From Octopus sinensis (Eukaryota), in NCBI RefSeq assembly GCF_006345805.1, contig NC_042997.1, forward strand, positions 98,704,001-98,768,000: 64,000 nucleotides of DNA, in the 5' to 3' direction. The notes below the pieces were generated by a model. That model made no database searches and was not told where the DNA came from. It saw only the letters and a program-made list of their open reading frames with translations. A program made the translations under genes and the position numbers. The number at the start of each line of letters is the position of its first letter. Positions within the stretch are counted from its first letter, which is position 1. Shown piece after piece: positions 1 to 11,599 of this stretch.

Positions 1-920
1 GGCCAGTTATTTTGGCCTGTGTGTTATTACTGCTCTAAATTTAAACTACAACATAAATTATGTACCTAGACAGTATCCGTCTTAACAACCGAATTTTGAC
101 TTCAGAAATCCTCAATCAGTCTGGTAAGATAATAGCTATTTTCTAGAGCAGTGGTATATCGTGCGACAACTTTGAGAGAAATTATACGACAATCCCGAAA
201 TCAGTAGACTTGCAAATCATCCTTCGTGTGTACCAACACTTTAGCCATACTGTTTCAGTGAACTAAAGTGGAATGGGTCCATATCCTATATAGATTTCTT
301 TTTTAGTAGCCTACTCTTCTTCTTAAAGTCATCAGTTCCTTCTTACATGTACGGGCCTAACAATACAACCACATTATCTGCATCTACCACTTCAAACAAT
401 GTAATTTGACAGTACTACATCTTGGTGAACTACTGTTTTCCTAGCACCTCTTTCTTTGCTGATGTATGTTTATCCTCCCCATATAATTGTTTCAAAGTTA
501 GAAATTAAGATATCACACCTTAGTCACCTGACTGGAGCAAAGTTGAGCTGTTATCTACAAATATCAGGTTAAGTTCATAACGGTACTCCGCCCATGCAGA
601 TGAACCTTTACTATTGCTGTGAACACAGTGATTCTAGGGTAGAAATCCCACTTTCACATTACCAAAAACTTGATTTAAGTTCAGTATATCGCTTTGTTCA
701 TTGTCTAAGACAACAATGCCTAAAAAAACCCAAGAGTTCTCAGTTGATCGTCAAATCACAAGCAAATTAACGGAGTATAGCCCGTCAAAAGACATGGATT
801 TCAGGACATAAGTAGTTGCTTTAATTTCATATAATCTATATTTCCTCCTACATGGAGTATAAGGCGATTTTCCGAAGCTTTATATTATGATGCTGATTTT
901 TCTTCACAAGATATAAAAGT

Positions 921-1190
921 ATGCATGGATTTACATTTTTTACATTATTTACATTGGATATTTGTCCTCATCTTCTTTGCCGTCAACATAACGTTTCGGC
1001 TGATGTACCCTCCAGCCTTCATCAGGTGTCTTGGAGGAAATTTCGAACCTGGGTTCTCATTCCTAAGGTAGTTTTCGATGTTGTTGTTGTTGTTGTTGTT
1101 ATTATTATTATTATTATTATTCAGGTTACTGCCTGGAATCGAACTCGGGATCTTGGGGTTAGAAGCCCGCGCTCTTAACAACTACGCCAT
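921..1190 (-). mobile_element. tRNA-headed SINE-like element: tRNA-like head + (AAT/AAC)n + hammerhead tail, copy 1
   Basis: The minus strand reads TGGCGTAGTTGTTAAGAG (A-box-like) ... GAGTTCGATTCC (B-box-like) at 1122-1190, then an AAT/AAC run, then a CTGATGA...GAAA motif. An inverted second copy lies at about 1446-1680. Confidence 0.7.
984..1031 (-). ncRNA. minimal type I hammerhead ribozyme (slightly imperfect)
   Basis: GACAC-CUGAUGA-A-GGCUG(GAGGGUACAU)CAGCC-GAAA-CGUU-AUGUUG. Stem II is a perfect 5 bp and stem III is the palindrome AACGUU. Stem I has a mismatch at the first pair. Confidence 0.6.
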
Positions 1191-1204
1191 ATTCCCACGG
1201 GTAT

Positions 1205-1516
1205 ATGGCGAAGTATTATTAAATATATACATGTAAACGAATACACTAACAAAATCATTCCTATCTCACACACACAGACACACGCATACAGATACACACA
1301 GACATACACTGACATTTGCAGACACAGATACACACACAGATATACATATAGACACATACACGCGCACACTCACACAAAGGCACACACATTTATGCAACAT
1401 TTTCGCGGCGTCATAGTAAATATTCAGCGCTCTTAACCACTACTAGACCCAAGATTCCGAGTTCGATTCGAGGCAGTGACCTGAAAAATAATAATAATAA
1501 TATAATAATAATAATA

Positions 1517-1556
<40 letters not shown>

Positions 1557-1780
1557 TCGAAAAATACCTTAATAATGAGAACCCAGGTTCGAAATTTGCC
1601 CAAGACACCTGATGAAGGCTGGAGGGTATATCAGACGAAATATCCGACAAATGTAAATAATGTAAATAATGTACATAATTCCTCATCTCTTAAATATAAA
1701 ACTGTATGCATGGATTTATAACTGTGCAAATTAAGTTGTTTCAAACCAGACCTTACGAGCAATATAACGTCTATATATAT

Positions 1781-1844
<64 letters not shown>

Positions 1845-1851
1845 GTATAAA

Positions 1852-1899
<48 letters not shown>

Positions 1900-2222
1900 T
1901 ATACATATATATGTATGTGTATATATATATGTGTGTATCTGTGAATATATATATATATTACAAAATATAAATGCATATTTGAAAAATAGCTAATATTCGC
2001 TGAATATTTAATATGATGCCGCAAAAATTTTGCATGAATATGTGTGTGCGTGTGTTTGTGTGTGCGATGAGTGTGTGCGTGTTTGTGTGTATATGTGTAT
2101 CTGTGTGTGTATCTGTGTCTGCGCATGTCAGTGTGTGTCCGTGTGTGTCTGTTTGTATGAGTGAGATAGGAATGATTATGTTAGTGTATTCGTTTACATG
2201 CATATATTTAATAATACTTCAG
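1205..2222. repeat. inverted repeat pair, about 1205-1430 versus about 1995-2222
   Basis: The block tattattaaatatatacatgtaaacgaatacactaac...aaatattcagcg is mirrored by cgctgaatattt...gttagtgtattcgtttacatgcatatatttaataata. Confidence 0.8.
1446..1680 (+). mobile_element. inverted, decayed copy 2 of the tRNA-head/(AAT)n/HHR element
   Basis: Reverse complement of about 940-1160. It has CTGATGA at 1609-1615, but stem II is mismatched and stem III is deleted. Confidence 0.7.
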
Positions 2223-2824
2223 CAGTTGTTGCATAGGCATCTAAATCTTTGTCTACAATTTAGAATCTGGCGAACTTCATATCTTCCTTGTATATTGATA
2301 TCGTCTGGCAATTATATTAATATCGAATTTCTATTTATGTAGCATGTGAGCGAGCGTATTTGTGGAATGATTTTTTTTTTTTTGTAACAATCACTACTTT
2401 TGTCACTTCTCTTCATACCAGCAAAGTAACACGCGATAATTTAGTTAATCTTACACCACTATCTATAAAAGACTATAGAAATGTTTGGGATAAAGGAAGC
2501 TAGAATTGTAAGAAAGAAATGGGGACTGAGATAGACAAAGAAATATTTAATAAGAGCAATAATGAGTTCCGTGTTGCATTGGCTGTAAGGAAGAGGACAA
2601 TGACTTAATGATATACTAAATATATTCAAAGGAACGTGTAAGTGTTTTAAATAATTAAAGACAGTATAAGAAAGCCCATAAACGGGGAAAAGAATGAAAA
2701 GAATCAGAGCGAGATTTGGTGCAAATATGAGAGAGGCACACAGAGAGAAAGACAGACAGACAGACAGACAGACAGAGTGACAGAGGAAGAGAGTGAGACA
2801 GAGTGTGAGACTGACAGCAAGAAT

Positions 2825-2873
<49 letters not shown>

Positions 2874-3256
2874 AGTGTATATAGATATAGATCAATAATT
2901 TTCTATGTATGTTAGAAAGCACTACTCATGCTCATTCACAGGCTCCCCGTAATGCTATACGAAGTTATGCCTAATCTTGTGACCTTGACTGAAAGCTTCA
3001 GAGGAGATTTAATCTAAAGATACTCGAGGTGCAAGTTGATTTTCTCAAACCAGTTGACTAAGTCCGCGTCACATGAGCTTATAAGCAATACAAAGATTCG
3101 ATCACTATAAAGAAAATATTTGAGTGGCTATGATGTTCCTCAAGAAATTGCAGAGGTCTCATATGTCGTCTAACGACGGGTAAGTCTATAGTATTTGTGT
3201 ATACAGATATATATATATATATATATCTATATCTATATATATATATATATATATAT

Positions 3257-3431
3257 AATTAGAAAAAAAACACCTTTTATCAATTCAAAATGAACAATTA
3301 AATTACATATAATAGAAATATTAAAATTAAAATTACCGTAAATATTTTAATATTTCTATTATATGTAATTTTCTAGATGGTGTAATTTAATTGTTCATTT
3401 TGAATTGATAAAAGGTGACTTTTTTCTAATT
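3257..3431. repeat. nested fold-back (outer arms about 3257-3307/3381-3431; inner perfect 27-bp arms 3301-3327/3344-3370)
   Basis: Reverse-complement matching read directly from the sequence. Confidence 0.85.
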
Positions 3432-3544
3432 TTTTATATATATTATATTGTGTGAAATTTGATTTAGTATTTCTAAATTGATCTTTTTCCCTGTAAATTT
3501 GGATTTATATTCCCTCAAATAATAATAATTATATATATATATAT

Positions 3545-3888
3545 ATTACAGAGATGTACTCGCATAGCAAGTGATTTGATTTGAGATTGTGTGCTGGAAC
3601 GAAAACAATTGCAGCGTGGAAGGTGTTTGTAAGCCATTTAAGAAACACACAAAAGCCGTTCGATTCACTTCAACATTTAAGAGTAATTTGTCAAATTACC
3701 AACATTCTGTAGACCGCCACAAGGGATCCTTAGGGAAACTTAAGTTGAACATCCTATCAACACATCCCACTGATGCAATATTGAGACAGGTCACAGAAGC
3801 TGTTTGTATACAAGAATACAAACCTACTCTCAACCGAAAATCCGAATGGAGTAACATCCAGATCCCATTCAGGAGGACTATTCTATAA
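3545..3888 (+). mobile_element. Penelope-like element fragment: GIY-YIG endonuclease C-terminus (3695-3888) fused to an inverted terminal-repeat piece (3545-3694)
   Basis: The translation ILSTHPTDAILRQVTEAVCIQEYKPTLNRKSEW matches the typical PLE endonuclease C-terminal motif (E-x2-x-I-x4-P-x-LN). 3606-3694 is the reverse complement of about 5289-5376. Confidence 0.7.
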
Positions 3889-5246
3889 CCACCCCTCTCT
3901 CTCTCGTTTACTTGTAATACTTACATACATGTTGCAATGCGTATGTGCAGTTATATATAACCGTATGAGCGTACGTTGTTTGATACGTATGTGCGTGTGT
4001 GGTGCTATAAAAAAATGCACATGCATATACATATGAGCATGTATGGATGTATGTATGTATTGTATATGTATGCGTTTATGCATATATAAATATAAAATAC
4101 TGTGTCGTATTTTGTATGCATGTGTGTGTGGATGTGCGTATGTATGTTTATGCGTGTGTGTGCGTGTGTGTATGCGTGTGTGTGTGTGTGTAATAGGACA
4201 TATGTATGTAGAAGTGGATTAGAATATACCAGTATTTTAAGATTATATGTATATTTATGAGTGTGTCTATATGATTATGTGTACTTGCGTATATGGATAT
4301 GGTTATATGTGCACAGTTGCACCTAAACGTTGTATCCATTCACAGTTAGACGGTGATGAGAGAAACAAACACACACCCACACATATATATATATGTGTGC
4401 GTCTATACAAACATATATGTGTGTATGTATACAACCTTCAACAAAGTAACAGTCATGTGCACAACTTGGACGAACACATACCAGTACACGGACATACGTT
4501 CACATACACATACACATGTACACACTCTAACAGACGCGTCTGTCCATTCTCCTAGACACTCACATACATATGTAGCACATGAGTACAAACATACATACAT
4601 ACCTACGTATGGGCATACACACGTACATACGCACGTACATGTACGCACACACATACATAGGCACATGCATACGTGCGCATATACATACATACGCACATGC
4701 GTACGTATGTGCATACACACATACATACATACATACATACGTACGTACGTACATACATACATACATACATACATACATACATACATACATACATACATAC
4801 ATACATACATACATACGTATATATATTTAACCTGAACTAACTAGATGTAGGGAAAGAAAAAAAACAAGTAATAGTAAAACAAAAGTTCTGTGATATAGAG
4901 ATAAATGTCTGATAATAGGTTTTGGGGTTTTTTTGGGGGGGTGAGGGTCGTAAATCACTTCCTAGTTTCGGCGGGGGAGGATGAATTTTGATATTATTGT
5001 GATGAGTGGTCAGTCTACATCTGTCCATCACTACAGGTTTATAGCTTTAATTTTATAGTGTGTATGTGCGTGCATATACACTCACATACATACATACATA
5101 TATACATACATACATACATACATACACAGGCGTATGTACGTACATACATACATACATGCATACATGCGTGTATACATACATACACACATACATACGTACA
5201 TATATATGACGAACTAACTGTTACTTTCTCAGATGCAGCACGGATT

Positions 5247-5296
5247 TTTGTCAGTGAACTGGTCGCGGATTTTAGCGACGAAAATATATTGACAAA
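5247..5296 (+). ncRNA. hammerhead-like motif with G3/C8 core swap (decayed)
   Basis: UUUGUCA-GUGAACU-G-GUCGC(GGAUUUUA)GCGAC-GAAA-AUAUAU-UGACAAA. Stem I is a perfect 7 bp and stem II a perfect 5 bp. Confidence 0.5.
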
Positions 5297-5389
5297 TTAA
5301 ACTTAAATGTTGAAGTGAATCGAACGGCAGTTGTGTGTTTCTTAAATGGCTTACAAACACCTTCCACGCTGCAATTGTATATATATATA

Positions 5390-5466
<77 letters not shown>

Positions 5467-6480
5467 TATATATATATATGTGTATATATATATATGTATA
5501 TATATATATACATACATGCTTGCATACATACATACATACATACATACATACATACATACATACATGCTTGCATACATACATACATACATACATACATACA
5601 TACATACATACATACATACATACATACTTGTATATATGTATGTATATGTATTTTACTCTTTTATTAATGTAGGATGAACAAAATGTACTCCATCCTGTGA
5701 GAGACGAATATAATTGAATATACAGTGTATTAATGTTAGAGCTATTAATAGTTTCTTGCTATTGAAACACGTTGTTGAATAGATTTTTATAACGTATCTT
5801 GTGTCCCCAACTACGTATCTGAACAACAAGAAAATATTAGAGTTCTTGAAAGGTAGTTGCATATATATGCGTGTATGAGTACGTATATATGTATGTATGC
5901 ATACACAATCATTTTAATTTATCATGTGTACACTAAATGGTATATGCATATACAGTATATGTATGAGTATTTACGTATGTATATATTCACATTACTTTTT
6001 ATTTATTGGTGCTAGGAGAATAGAGAGAGACTCAAAACATTGAAATACGTATTTATTTTTTATACGTTCCGTTAGATTTTAACGTGAATATGATAATCAT
6101 TGTTATATTTCGTCCTGGGATGACACTGTCTCATTTCAGACGCTGTGTGTTCATGGCACTCACTTTTCATTGAAGGCTTTGAATCACCATTATAACGAAC
6201 TGGAAAAAATATATATCTAAATAAGAGTGACGGTTATTGTGTATGAAATGTAGCAAAGATGTTCTAGCTTTCTCACGTCTAAATCTGCCGGACCATATTC
6301 AATGTGAATATGGATATTATAATATATATACGTTTGAGTGTGTGATTGTGAGAGAGAGAGAGAGAGAGGGTGCGCGCGCACATGTACACGCATACACAAA
6401 TGTACATGTACACGCGCATACATACACACACACGCACGCACTCACAGATATACACAAAGACATACAAATACATATATACT

Positions 6481-6519
<39 letters not shown>

Positions 6520-6791
6520 TATATATATATATCCTCATATATATATATTTATGTGTTTACATATGTACATGTATATACATACATATATATAAATCCTGGA
6601 TAACTTTTCTTATAGTGTCTGTGAAATGTCAACTGAAATGTCAGTGCTTCTCTTTCGTGTCGCATTTTTTCAATTAGCTAGTATTGATGCTATTGTCATT
6701 TATTCTCATTTTGCTTGTAATTTCAATTTATTGAAAATTTATCTCGTATTAACCGCATCAAGTATGATAGACTACACTGAATTAACTACAA

Positions 6792-6864
<73 letters not shown>

Positions 6865-6877
6865 TATATATATGTAC

Positions 6878-6933
<56 letters not shown>

Positions 6934-6956
6934 ATACATGTATTTAGTTGTGTGTT

Positions 6957-7005
<49 letters not shown>

Positions 7006-7119
7006 GTGTATGTATGTAAGTAATAGTGAAGAGACTGTGAGAGAATATGTGTATATGTTAGAATGATGGAACGAAGACGACATATGAGCGTTCGGCCTTT
7101 GCCCAACGACTTCCACAAA

Positions 7120-7335
7120 TATATGTGTATTGTACGTTAGCTCACATTAGCTCACTTCCTCCATCAAATGACGTTGTCTGAACAGGTGTGTCGTGTGCCA
7201 CGCGTCAGGTATCAAAGTTATCGGAGAGCAGCGTGAGATGAAGTGTTTTGCTCATGAACACAACGCACCACCCGGTGTAGGAATTGAATCCATGATCTTG
7301 AGATCTTACCTGCAACACCCTAACCACTAGACCAT
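7120..7335 (-). mobile_element. tRNA-derived SINE
   Basis: The minus strand has GGTCTAGTGGTTAGG (A box) and GGATTCAATTCC (B-box-like), followed by a SINE body (GAGCAAAACACTTCAT). Confidence 0.6.
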
Positions 7336-7346
7336 CCTTAGTATCC

Positions 7347-7360
7347 TAATAATAATAATA

Positions 7361-7407
<47 letters not shown>

Positions 7408-7416
7408 GTAATAATA

Positions 7417-7482
<66 letters not shown>
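7347..7482. repeat. (AAT)n microsatellite
   Basis: Direct reading. Confidence 0.95.
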
Positions 7483-7483
<1 letters not shown>

Positions 7484-7861
7484 CAGCATGATGGAGTATA
7501 AACAAAAAAAATTATGGTATAGGCACACGCCAGAAGAAAGTCACAGAAAATGAGAAAGCGACCATTCTCTGGAAAATGCTATTACACAGGGATAGAGAAA
7601 TTAAGACCCAATAGGCCGGGTATAGTTGTTAGAAATCACCAAGAAGAAAAACGTTTTCTAATCGATGTATCTGTAAACAGATGGCCATGTTTTTCTAAAA
7701 GAAACGAAGAAACTTTCAAGATATAAAGATCTGGAAATAGAGGTAACTGGAATGTGGAACCTATAAACAGAAACAATTCCTATTATAGTAGGCTCATTAA
7801 GTATGATAAAAAAACATTCAAATACGTAACAAAGACTTCTGGACATACAAGCATATATAAC
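7483..7861 (+). mobile_element. 3' fragment (RLE endonuclease region) of the same R4/Dong-like LINE family
   Basis: Aligns by eye to about 9825-10200. It encodes a decayed RPGIVVRNHQEEKRFLIDVSV / KYKDLEIEVTGMWNLKTETIPII. Confidence 0.85.
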
Positions 7862-7946
7862 GATGACCGGTAGACTCCACCGCGGTAAATTAAACCAAGG
7901 AAAATTTCACCAGGTAAATTTCACCATAGGTAAATTCCACCGTGGT

Positions 7947-10355
7947 ATATTCTCCCATAACAACTGAAGAGGTCACCCAGGCACTGCAAAGACTAAGCAA
8001 CTGGAAGGCACCTGGGCATGACAAGATCCCCAACTTCTGGTTGAAATATCTACCAGGAATGCACAAAAAGCTGGCTGAAAGCTTTAACAACATACTGGCA
8101 GAGCCAGAGACAATGCCTGAATGGCTCACGAAGGGGAAAACCATCTTAATTCCCAAATCCAATGAGACAGCAAAACCAGAAAACTACCGACCTATAACCT
8201 GTCCTGTCTCCCTACAATGTACAAAGCATTTACTGCAGTAATATCACAAAGGTTAAACAAGCACCTGGACGAAAACAACCTGTTTCCAGAAGAGCAGAAA
8301 GGATGCCGCAAAGGCTCATACGGCTGTAAAGATCAACTAATGATCAATAAAGCCATAACTGAAGACAGCCACAGAAAGAAGAAAGGCCTCAGTATGGCCC
8401 GGATCGACTACAGAAAGGCGTTTGATAGCATCCCCCACACATGGAACCTCGAAACACTAGCCATTAACAAAGTAGCACCAACAATCATAAAATTCATAGA
8501 GCACTCTATGAATAAATGGCAAACAGTGCAACAGCTCCAAACAAAAGAGGGACTCATGAAAACCAAAGACATCCCCATTAGAAGAGGAATATTCCAGGGA
8601 GACACGCTCTCTCCACTCCTTTTCTGCTTGGCACTGTCACCTCTATCTGATATGCTAAATAGAACTGGATGCGGATATAAATGTTACGGCAAAACGATCA
8701 GCCACCTTTTATATATGGATGACCTAAAACTATACGTTGCAAATGACAAACAGCTGGAAACACTATTAAAGACCGTTCATGGATTTACCAAAGAAACAGA
8801 TATGAAATTTGGATTAGAAAAATGCGCCAAACTAACCATGAAAAGAGGAAAACTAGTTAAGAGTAACAACATCACACTAGATAAAACCAATGAAATAAAA
8901 GAATTAGACCAAAGCCAAACTTACAAATACTTAGGAATCCATGAACTAGATAAGACACAACACACACACATGAAAGAGAAAATAAAAAAAGAATATTATA
9001 GACGAGTTAGATCAATACTAAAAACAGAGCTCAATGCTAAAAACAAGATAATAGGTATCAACACTTTAGCTGTCCCAGTTATAAGTTACAGCTACAATAT
9101 CCTTAACTGGACACGAAATGACCTGTCCAAAATAGATAGGAAAACAAGAAAAATACTGACAGGATCTAGGATGCATCACCCAAAATCTGACATAGAAAGA
9201 CTATATATACAACGTATAGAAGGTGGTAGAGGCCTTATACAGCTGGAAAACTACTATAAAATAACCACCATAGGACTGCAAAAATACCTACTTCAGAAGA
9301 AGGAAAACTGATCCAGATAGCAGCAAAACACGAGCAAAACAAAAAAACTGTTCTCAGTATTTAAGGAAGCTGACAAACAAACAAGAAATCATACCACCTA
9401 ATAAACACAAAGAAGAATAAGAAGATGATGAAGAAACACAAAAGCTATAAAACAAATGAAATCCAAACTAAAAATAGAACAGCAACGAGCCATGATAAAA
9501 CGATGGCAAGAAAGCCCTTCATGGTAATACTGCACTAAACTAAACGCAAAAGAAATAGACAAGAAAAATCCCAGCAATGGTTGAGAAGCTCAGGACTCAA
9601 AGCAGAAACAGAGGGATTTTTTAATTGCAGCACTAGACCAAAGCCTCCCCACCAGAAATTACCAAAAACATGTAATGAAAAGAAATATTACAAGTAACTG
9701 CAGAATATGTGGAGATGGACAAGAAACAATAAATCATATTATCTCTAGCTGCCCAGTCCTGGCTAAGAAGGAATATATTCACAGACATGACAGAGTTGGA
9801 ACCTACATACATTGGAAGCTATGCCAACATTATGGAATAACAACAGAAAAAGATGGTATAGGCACACACCAGAAAAGGTCACAGAAAACGAGAAAGCAAT
9901 CATACTCTGGGATATGCCGAACACACAGATAGAGAAATTAAGGCCAACAGACCAGATATAGTTGTCAGAGATCATGAAGAAAAAAATGCTTTCTAATTGA
10001 TGTATCAATACCGGCAGATGACAACGTGTCTCTAAAAGAAATGGAGAAACTCTCAAAATACAAAGACCTGGAAATAGAGATAACTAGAATGTGGAACCTG
10101 AAAACAGAAACAATTCCTATCATAGTAGGTGCATTAGGCATGATAAAAAAATTCAGACAAATACATAACAAAAACACCAGGACTTACAAACACATATAAC
10201 ATACAGAAAATTGCACTACTAGGCACTGCACACATCCTACGCAGAACACTTTCCATACAATAACCATCAGAGCATCACAACAAATCACAGCACATACCCA
10301 GGCACCAGAGCTGCGCTCGGTAGTGAAGTGAAAGCACACTATAAAAATAAAACTA

Positions 10356-10418
<63 letters not shown>
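7947..10418 (+). mobile_element. 5'-truncated RLE-type non-LTR retrotransposon (R4/Dong-like), frameshifted, with (TAA)n tail
   Basis: RT motifs KAPGHDKIPNFWLK, EEQKGCRKGS, DYRKAFDSIPH, GIFQGDTLSP and YMDD. Zinc knuckle CRICG..ETINHIISSC and a PD-x-D endonuclease (RPDIV...LIDVSIP). The (TAA)n run is at about 10361-10418. Confidence 0.92.
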
Positions 10419-10602
10419 CCTTTCTACTAAAGGTACATCGAACCTTGTGTGTAATTGGTACTTATTTCATCGACCCCGAAAGGATGAAAGGCAAAGTCGA
10501 CTACGGTTGAATTTGAACTCAGAACGTACGAAAAGAACATAAGAACATAACATACGAAAATTCGCAATGCATTTTGCCTGGTGCTCTAACGATTCTGCCA
10601 GC
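10419..10602 (-). mobile_element. tRNA-derived SINE (Octopus-type family A)
   Basis: The minus strand reads GCTGGCAGAATCGTTAG...GAGTTCAAATTC...CCTTTCGGGGTCGATGAAATAAGTACC. Further copies occur at about 39715, 39995 and 54975. Confidence 0.8.
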
Positions 10603-10619
10603 AAGAGTAAATTTAAAAC

Positions 10620-10800
10620 CTATAGTCTCTTCCATTTCCCTACATCTAGCCGGTCAGTTGAAGGAAGAATCAACAGAAGAAAGCATACAACCTATGTGGA
10701 CAACTTGTTTCAGGATTGTAGAATGGCAAATGTTGACGAATTAAGAACATGTATGGGTTCCCCGATGGATGGCGCGCGTGCTCTCTGTGAAATTATAAGA
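10620..10800 (+). mobile_element. RTE-like LINE 3' coding fragment
   Basis: GRINRRKHTTYVDNLFQDCRMANVDELRTCM resembles RTE C-termini (GRP..tyiD.l..D....el...M). Confidence 0.45.
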
Positions 10801-11480
10801 GCGTCCAGGAGAACTGAAAACAAACTTTGTTCCTCTATATATCAACAAGTTAACCATGTATCAAGCTAACCATAAATCTATAATACATTAAAAGTCACTT
10901 TGAATCTTGCTTGCTTGCTTGCAATGTTACCCAGCTGAAATGGCGCATAATGGGATAGTACTCTTTAGTTTACCCTAAATGTGAATACGAACAGAATAAA
11001 ACAAGTTTTGCGTAAATCAGACAACTAGTTTTAAAGATATTAGAGGTTTTCGGGTATAAATACCCAAACGGTGCATCATGGGAAAATGTTCCGAAAATAA
11101 TCTTCATCCTGAAAGGGAAGAAACTCATCTTTCTATTAGATACAGGGACTTGACAACGGAAAAATACGAATTTTTATAGTAACTGTTTCGATTTTCGCTT
11201 TTGTGGAAACAATATTTCAATCATTTAGAAATATTTTAAGTGAATGTGATTTAAAAAATGTAAGCTGTTTATACAGTAAGTATTTATAGTTTATGCCTCT
11301 TTAAAAAGACAATATTTTAAAGTTATTTTTTTTCATTTTTGGCATATTTAAAAGTATTTTAAAGTGAAAATGACTAAAAAACAACGGTAAATATTTCATA
11401 AAAGATCAGTTCGTAACCTCGGTGTGAAATAGTTTTATACCATAGGTGTTTTTCGAGTGCATTCAACGTATCTCACCTCC

Positions 11481-11599
11481 AAAGATTTGGCTGCTATTTC
11501 TAGCATACCCTGCTACCACGTAACAGCTATTTGCGATAAACGACCGGAAATACTTAATACGAGGTAACAGGGCATGCAAGAAATAGCAGCCAAATCTTT
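11481..11599. mobile_element. MITE-like element, about 32-bp terminal inverted repeats
   Basis: aaagatttggctgctatttctagcataccctg versus cagggcatgcaagaaatagcagccaaatcttt. Confidence 0.6.

Noticed and set aside
1631-6900. Numerous YI/HT/MYVC-repeat ORFs (also elsewhere in the window)
   Set aside because: They are artefacts of (TA)n, (CA)n and (TACA)n repeats.
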